Source of the DNA: a virus
IMG/VR virus record: IMGVR_UViG_3300032288_003086
Location: 32,001-96,000 of that record
Strand: one strand, 5' to 3'
Length of the DNA: 64,000 nt
Shown here: positions 59,045 to 64,000 of the stretch, one piece after another
How positions within the stretch are numbered: position 1 is the first letter of the stretch
Layout: each line of letters begins with the position of its first letter
Notes under the pieces: generated by a model
Databases searched by the model: none
Told to the model about the DNA's origin: nothing
What the model saw: the letters and a program-made list of their open reading frames with translations, nothing else
Position numbers and translations under genes: made by a program

Positions 59045-59573
59045 TGTTCTTCTGTATTAAAGTGTTTAACCAATGTTTTGAACTGACTGGACGATTTGAC
59101 AAGATTGCATAGAAATCGCGGATAGTCATGCTAGAGATATTCTGATCTTCCATGGTGTCCTCCTCTTGTTCATATTCAAAGGGAATCTCCACTACTGCAG
59201 ATACTTTTGGTTTTTTCTCTAATCTCTTAAGGTCATCTACAGGTACTACCCATGACTTGGTGCTTCCATGGGTTACTTTGGCATACTCACTATTTGCAAC
59301 CTTAATCTTGTCAAGAATAAAATAGATAGGATCCTGTGACAGGGCTCCAATCTGGTCACAAAAGTTAACATAGTCCTTTCTGTACATGACATAGATCAAG
59401 TCAGAGGAGAACTCTTCTGTAAAGAGCAACACATGGTCTGGGTTATCCCTATAGACCTTGGGTGCTATCTGTCCATACGAGGCGCTTACGCCATAATTCT
59501 CAGAGAGTTCTTTGATTGCCCTCTCTGCGATTTTGTCCTTGGCGATTTGCCAGGGAGATTTTTGTTTTTTCAT
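59025..59573 (-). CDS. Hypothetical protein
   Basis: 182 aa; C-terminal MTIRDFYAI..PVSSKHWLNTLI. Confidence 0.6.
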   Translation of the reverse strand: MKKQKSPWQIAKDKIAERAIKELSENYGVSASYGQIAPKVYRDNPDHVLLFTEEFSSDLIYVMYRKDYVNFCDQIGALSQDPIYFILDKIKVANSEYAKVTHGSTKSWVVPVDDLKRLEKKPKVSAVVEIPFEYEQEEDTMEDQNISSMTIRDFYAILSNRPVSSKHWLNTLIQKNNGRKEN

Positions 59574-59576
59574 AGA

Positions 59577-60509
59577 TTATAGGATTTGGTGAATCTTGCT
59601 TTTGGCAAAATCAGCTTTGAAGAGAGTCAAACATGGCTCACCATTGCGCACCTTTAAGAAATGCACAGCAAGGGTATTGATGTCTACTGGGATCTTCTTA
59701 GGCCCATATTGCTCTATCCCGTACTTAGCGGGTCTGTTAATACCAATAAGAATATCAGTGAATTGTAAAAGGGCATCTGCCCCGAAGACATCGCTGTCTT
59801 TGACAAAGTTGCCAATACTGGCATTCTTGACCCTGTCAACACTTTCGATCTCCCTGTTTAATTGACTAAGCACGATGAATGCTACGGGTAACCTGCGCCT
59901 GGTCTCAGCGAGCATGTTACCCAGGTTGTATAAGGACTCTATTCTATCTTTCTCACTAGCGCTTCTCTTTATCAATAGGCTGTGATCAAGGGTTATAAGC
60001 ATTGGTTTTTTCTTGACCTCGTAAAAGTCAAAGATTTTATTACGCATTCCTTCGACATCCAGGGGTCTCTCATATGTATAGATCTCCTTGTGTTTGTTCT
60101 CATCGCAATATTTGATTGCAGAGTCCAAATCATCATCTCCAAGTTCACCTCCTACAGATGAAAGCTTTCTTACATTGATTCCTGTATGTCCACTAATCTC
60201 ACGCAGGGCTATGTTGCGGGCAAGCATCTCAAACTGAAAATCCAATACACAGAAATCCTGGTCTGGATTAAGTCTGAATGCTTCTCTGCTAATCATACTC
60301 CCTACAAGTGTCTTCCCACTGCCTGGTCTACCTGCAATCACTGTCAGACTGTTCCACTCAAGTCCATCCATAGACTTCTCATTGAACTTCTGCCATGGGG
60401 TTTTGATACTCTTTATCTCCCCAGTCTTACGCTTTTTAGCGTAGTTGATTGCCTGGTCATAGGCTTCTGAAATGTGAATAAAACCTTGTTCTTTTAGACT
60501 TTTGGCCAT
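59577..60509 (-). CDS. dnaB: DnaB-like replicative helicase (C-terminal ATPase domain only)
   Basis: Walker A GRPGSGKT, FQFEM, ITLDH, LSQLNR, KVRNG. Confidence 0.88.
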   Translation of the reverse strand: MAKSLKEQGFIHISEAYDQAINYAKKRKTGEIKSIKTPWQKFNEKSMDGLEWNSLTVIAGRPGSGKTLVGSMISREAFRLNPDQDFCVLDFQFEMLARNIALREISGHTGINVRKLSSVGGELGDDDLDSAIKYCDENKHKEIYTYERPLDVEGMRNKIFDFYEVKKKPMLITLDHSLLIKRSASEKDRIESLYNLGNMLAETRRRLPVAFIVLSQLNREIESVDRVKNASIGNFVKDSDVFGADALLQFTDILIGINRPAKYGIEQYGPKKIPVDINTLAVHFLKVRNGEPCLTLFKADFAKSKIHQIL

Positions 60510-60532
60510 GGCATAAATATAGATAGAAAATT

Positions 60533-60549
60533 TAAACTTTCAAAGTTTA
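60533..60549. promoter_or_regulatory. 17-bp palindromic operator-like site, copy 2 (TAAACTTTCAAAGTTTA)
   Basis: Perfect 8-bp inverted arms upstream of dnaB. Confidence 0.45.
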
Positions 60550-61281
60550 CCATAAAATTATTTCTTTCTTGAACTCAGCAAGTTGAGCATTCACCTTATT
60601 GAATACATCACTACAATCCCATTCATGGAGTCTTTGATAGGCTGCAAAGGCGGGATGGGTAGTGGTACTAACCATGTGATGGTCTCCTATAATACCATCA
60701 AATGACTGGGCTTGTTTACCCATAAGCACCCATACAAGTCCTGACTGTTTGAAGTTGAGCATATCAATGACATATTCTAAGAAAGGACGCCATATATCTG
60801 TATGTTTACCTGTCTTGGTGACTTCTGTAGTCAGGGCTGTATTAAGAAGGAGTACGCCTTGCTTGGCCCATCTATCCAGATTACATTTGGATATATCATC
60901 TACCTCCTGTCTTTGCTCTGTAGGTACAGTACTTTCAATAGCCCTAAGCATATATCTAAGGCTGGCTTCTGGCTTTTGGGTATTGCTACAACTAAATGCC
61001 ATACCATCAGCTACCCTGGGCTGGGGATAAGGATCTTGACCTATCAGAACTACCTTGACACTGTCCACAGGACATAGTTCAAAGGCTGTAAAGAGCTGTT
61101 TGAGGGCAGGGGTAAACCTGCGTCCAGACTCATTCTCTTGAACCAAGAACTTTACTATATTATCAAAGTCCCCTGATCTAAGGAAGCCTTTGAGGAAGTC
61201 TGCCCAGCCACTAGGACCAAGCTTTTCAATTAATTTTTCGCGGATTTGCTCCGCTGATAATTTTTCTTTAATTTCGCTCAT
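60547..61281 (-). CDS. ung: Uracil-DNA glycosylase (family 1)
   Basis: VKVVLIGQDPY, GMAFS, WAKQGVLLLNTALT, H..W..F, THPA. Confidence 0.92.
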   Translation of the reverse strand: MSEIKEKLSAEQIREKLIEKLGPSGWADFLKGFLRSGDFDNIVKFLVQENESGRRFTPALKQLFTAFELCPVDSVKVVLIGQDPYPQPRVADGMAFSCSNTQKPEASLRYMLRAIESTVPTEQRQEVDDISKCNLDRWAKQGVLLLNTALTTEVTKTGKHTDIWRPFLEYVIDMLNFKQSGLVWVLMGKQAQSFDGIIGDHHMVSTTTHPAFAAYQRLHEWDCSDVFNKVNAQLAEFKKEIILW

Positions 61282-61282
61282 G

Positions 61283-61299
61283 TAAACTTCTAAAATTTA
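61283..61299. promoter_or_regulatory. 17-bp palindromic operator-like site, copy 3 (TAAACTTCTAAAATTTA)
   Basis: Fills most of the 22-bp divergent gap between ung and the + strand pair. Confidence 0.4.
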
Positions 61300-61303
61300 A
61301 ATT

Positions 61304-61525
61304 ATGGCAAAGACTTATGTGGACATGTTCAAACTAGGCGCTGAGGTAATAGTCAGTTTTACCAATGAAGATGTCGTTAAACTACAATCGATCTTGTTCA
61401 AGCATATGAGCAAGCAAAACCAGTTGGATGATGATTCTTGGACCACAATTCTCGATCTTTGTTCCAAAATAGAAGACTGTGCGAAAACACAGGGCAAGAT
61501 GGAATCAAAAGAAATCAAATTCTAA
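61304..61525 (+). CDS. Hypothetical protein (73 aa), apparent paralog of the next gene
   Basis: Divergent from ung; TAATG coupling to the next ORF. Confidence 0.65.
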   Translation: MAKTYVDMFKLGAEVIVSFTNEDVVKLQSILFKHMSKQNQLDDDSWTTILDLCSKIEDCAKTQGKMESKEIKF

Positions 61526-61872
61526 TGGAACAAGCTAGTACAATTGAGGTAATCAAGCCAGAGGCTGTGATCACCATTAAGTTAAATAGAGACTTTTACG
61601 TCAGACTTACTATTATCCTACAAGAAATCATAGCAGGTAAGTCTAATGATGAGATGATTGCTGCTGCTAAACAGATTGAAGACAAGAACATCAGTGAGAT
61701 GTGGGTTTTCAATTATGAAACCATGCTGTATTTGATTAAAGCCTGCGAGGACTATTGCAAGGAGAATAACCTCATTGAAATACGTGATTTAGAGCAATTC
61801 AAGGCTGAGTCTGAGCAAAGGCAGCAGGAATACCTAGCTAACTTCCCTAGTCAGGACAGCGCTCCTCAGTAA
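61525..61872 (+). CDS. Hypothetical protein (115 aa, MEQASTIEVIKPEA...)
   Basis: ATG at 61525 overlaps the previous TAA; the ORF-track start at 61438 is probably over-extended. Confidence 0.65.
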   Translation: MEQASTIEVIKPEAVITIKLNRDFYVRLTIILQEIIAGKSNDEMIAAAKQIEDKNISEMWVFNYETMLYLIKACEDYCKENNLIEIRDLEQFKAESEQRQQEYLANFPSQDSAPQ

Positions 61873-62261
61873 AGAATACACCCTACTTCCTCACCTATGA
61901 GGATGCAGGCTTCTATGGCCATGGACAGTTGTTCTTTGCTACAATCAGCAAAGCTTTTGACATATTCCAAAGCAGTACCTTCTGAATCTTTGGTTTTGAC
62001 TGTAAGACCAGCTTTTCTCTTAACTTCGAGTTTTACATCTTCAAACTCATTACCTGTGCAATGGGCTAATTCTCTGATAAGAGCATGAACTTTGGCAAGC
62101 TGTACCAGACTATGGTCATCTTTGATGACTTCATACATCGCATGAACCTTGGTGCCTGGTTTCAGGTGGCTGAGCATGCGCTCATACTTATGCTTCTCCT
62201 TTTCTGAGCCAGGGGATAGTTTACCCCCTGGTTCCATAGTGTATTCAATTATCGTATACAT
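61866..62261 (-). CDS. NinB/Orf-like recombination-associated protein
   Basis: HSLVQLAKVHALIRELA..TG..FEDVK..KSFADCSKEQLSMAIE pattern. Confidence 0.55.
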   Translation of the reverse strand: MYTIIEYTMEPGGKLSPGSEKEKHKYERMLSHLKPGTKVHAMYEVIKDDHSLVQLAKVHALIRELAHCTGNEFEDVKLEVKRKAGLTVKTKDSEGTALEYVKSFADCSKEQLSMAIEACILIGEEVGCILY

Positions 62262-63366
62262 ACTTGTATTTTATTTTCTCTTTATCAAAATCCTGCAGTG
62301 CCTTGCGAACCCAGTTCTCATCCACTGTCTTGTTGTACATCAGGATGTGGACTGTAGCTACCTCATCTGGTGAGAGCCTCAGTACCCTACCTATTCTTTG
62401 CGCTGCTTTCCTCTCGTTGCCATAAGCATGCATAATAACAGCATTACGAAGCCCAGGAACATTAACACCCTCATTGAGCTGTAATACGCAAGATAGTCTG
62501 TCAATAGTTCCATCCTTTAACATTGTTAGATTTGCTTCACTGTTTGGATTCTGGCTGTGGTAGCTGTATTTACATAGCTTTTCAGCTTGTTCTTGGGTAT
62601 TGGCAAAGACAATGCATTTGTCTTCCATATTGGACATCAGGTTAACCACATAGTCTTCCTTACTCTTGTAGGTCATCATGCTGCGCATCCTGGCAATCCT
62701 GAAATACTGATCATCCTTGGGATTGGTGGCATTATGAATTCTCTCTGTCCAATAGTCATAATTGGCTTTTTCGCTGGTCTTAAACTCCCCTGTCTTGGTT
62801 CTGACAAAGAAATCCATCTTAGTGCCTAGGTTTATAGAGTGGATGATAATCCTGTAATCATTAAGTATCCTATCGCCAATAGCATCATCAGTAAGGTAGT
62901 AATAAGAGATAGGACAGAACTTGCCCACCATTTCCCCCTTTTCGCTGTTTTTAATGCGAGGAGGAGTGCCAGTGAGGCCAACAATTCTGCCGCGATACAT
63001 ATCAAGCCAATACATGTGAGAATAAAGAAGGCTGTGGCACTCGTCAAGGTAAAGCACATCATAGGACGGCGATTGTTTAGTTAAAGATAAGTAAGTTGTG
63101 ACTACAACCCTGTCTTTAAGGTGAGATAAGCCAAATTTGAACATATCATCAAACCAACTCCCAAATATACTTTTCTTGGGAGCTACCACAAGGAATTTGG
63201 CATCAGGATTTACCTCCTTCAAATACCAATCCATGTGTTGCAGGCCTATGTAGGTCTTGCCTACACCCATGCTTACAGCTAGGCCACATCTGGTCATCTT
63301 CTTGGCTATGTCCAAGGCTCTTTGTTGTACAACTTCGCGTTTGGATTCTGTTACTTCTTCTGTCAT
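62245..63366 (-). CDS. Superfamily 2 (DExH) helicase
   Basis: SMGVGKT, LDECH, GLTGTP, LNEGVNVP, QRIGRVLR. Confidence 0.9.
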   Translation of the reverse strand: MTEEVTESKREVVQQRALDIAKKMTRCGLAVSMGVGKTYIGLQHMDWYLKEVNPDAKFLVVAPKKSIFGSWFDDMFKFGLSHLKDRVVVTTYLSLTKQSPSYDVLYLDECHSLLYSHMYWLDMYRGRIVGLTGTPPRIKNSEKGEMVGKFCPISYYYLTDDAIGDRILNDYRIIIHSINLGTKMDFFVRTKTGEFKTSEKANYDYWTERIHNATNPKDDQYFRIARMRSMMTYKSKEDYVVNLMSNMEDKCIVFANTQEQAEKLCKYSYHSQNPNSEANLTMLKDGTIDRLSCVLQLNEGVNVPGLRNAVIMHAYGNERKAAQRIGRVLRLSPDEVATVHILMYNKTVDENWVRKALQDFDKEKIKYKYVYDN

Positions 63367-63377
63367 TTTAATGCGAT

Positions 63378-63992
63378 TTAATACCTATAATGTCCAATAA
63401 TCTTATAGTCAAACAAACAGTCATCAAGCTCTTGTCCTGAACCTATGTTGTGAACTATTTGATAACCCTCATGCTTATGGGATTTGATATTGGATACCAT
63501 ACCTGTGTGGGTAGTGCCTCCGCCAAGGGTCCAACAAACAACATCTCCAGGCATATAGTCTTTACCATCTTGAGTAATAGGTAAGGAAACACCCATTCTA
63601 GTGAAGAAAGTCATCAGATTAGGCACTCGTCTGTGATCAATGTTATTGTCAGGCTTTGTCAAACCCCACTTGTTTGGGTAGTCTTCAAAATTCTGAGACA
63701 TGTCTTCATGGACTAGCTGTTGAAGGTCTATTCCTACTTTTCTATAGCTTCTGATTACCACATCACTACATACACCTGTGCCAGATGGGACATCCCCATT
63801 TGGATAATCAATCAGCCTGTATGAAGCGTCATATACTATGTCATTGTCAATAATATCCACTGCTGCATTTGCCAGATCAGAGTGGACAGTAGTATCCCTA
63901 TAACTCATTACATCCCTGCCTGAGATATTCTCACAGGATTGATACAATAAAGGCAGTACTATACTGCCCACAATTAGAATTCTTTTATTCAT
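63378..63992 (-). CDS. DUF1287 (YijF)-like lipoprotein with a papain/NlpC-P60-like Cys-His dyad
   Basis: Lipoprotein-like signal (IVGSIVLPLLYQS-C); YD.SY..I.YPNGDVP..GVCSDVVIRSYR, DNNIDHRRVPNL, HTGMV, HNIG. Confidence 0.82.
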   Translation of the reverse strand: MNKRILIVGSIVLPLLYQSCENISGRDVMSYRDTTVHSDLANAAVDIIDNDIVYDASYRLIDYPNGDVPSGTGVCSDVVIRSYRKVGIDLQQLVHEDMSQNFEDYPNKWGLTKPDNNIDHRRVPNLMTFFTRMGVSLPITQDGKDYMPGDVVCWTLGGGTTHTGMVSNIKSHKHEGYQIVHNIGSGQELDDCLFDYKIIGHYRY

Positions 63993-64000
63993 TTTTTGTA

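Noticed and set aside
52221-63366. Inteins or group I introns in polB, the primase or the helicases
   Set aside because: The proteins are compact with contiguous motifs; no intein termini or homing endonuclease ORFs were seen.
1-64000. Alternative genetic code (TAG or TGA read-through), as in some crAss-like phages
   Set aside because: Genes up to 3882 codons are uninterrupted under the standard code and TGA is used as a normal coupled stop.
1-64000. CRISPR array, tRNA or structured ncRNA, DGR/reverse transcriptase, integrase, IS element
   Set aside because: Intergenic gaps are all under about 70 bp, and I saw no spaced direct repeats, cloverleaf, RT, integrase or transposase motifs. A covariance-model search was not possible.

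Overview
The window is a gene-dense segment of a crAss-like (Crassvirales-type) podovirus genome, most likely infecting a Bacteroidota host: start codons lack Shine-Dalgarno motifs and have A-rich leaders, usually with A at -3. The + strand (1-51.3 kb) carries late/virion genes: a GH24 lysozyme, two ring/tail-tube proteins, a 1608-aa tail stabilisation/muzzle protein and four Cys-poor ejection/cargo proteins. These are followed by three giant proteins (1620, 3882 and 2270 aa); the 3882-aa protein is the virion RNA polymerase (DFDID motif) fused to a zincin protease. Next come a run of tiny Lys-rich genes, a holin, a u-spanin and two beta-helix tail spikes. The - strand (51.4-64 kb) carries replication and nucleotide genes: DUF1599-like, MazG-like, PolB, PD-(D/E)xK nuclease, RusA-like resolvase, primase, SSB-like, Sak4-like ATPase, DnaB-like, UDG, NinB-like, SF2 helicase and a DUF1287-like lipoprotein. 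Main unexplained signals: (1) the three giant proteins (7772 aa) contain only four cysteines by my reading, all within 4 residues of the termini that face each other, suggesting a head-to-tail disulfide chain of ejected proteins; (2) a recurring GG-x-LPKAQ / K[YFH]Q linker motif divides several cargo proteins into swappable-looking modules and also occurs in the small basic proteins; (3) a 17-bp palindromic operator-like site occurs three times. All family assignments come from motif recognition by eye, not database searches.
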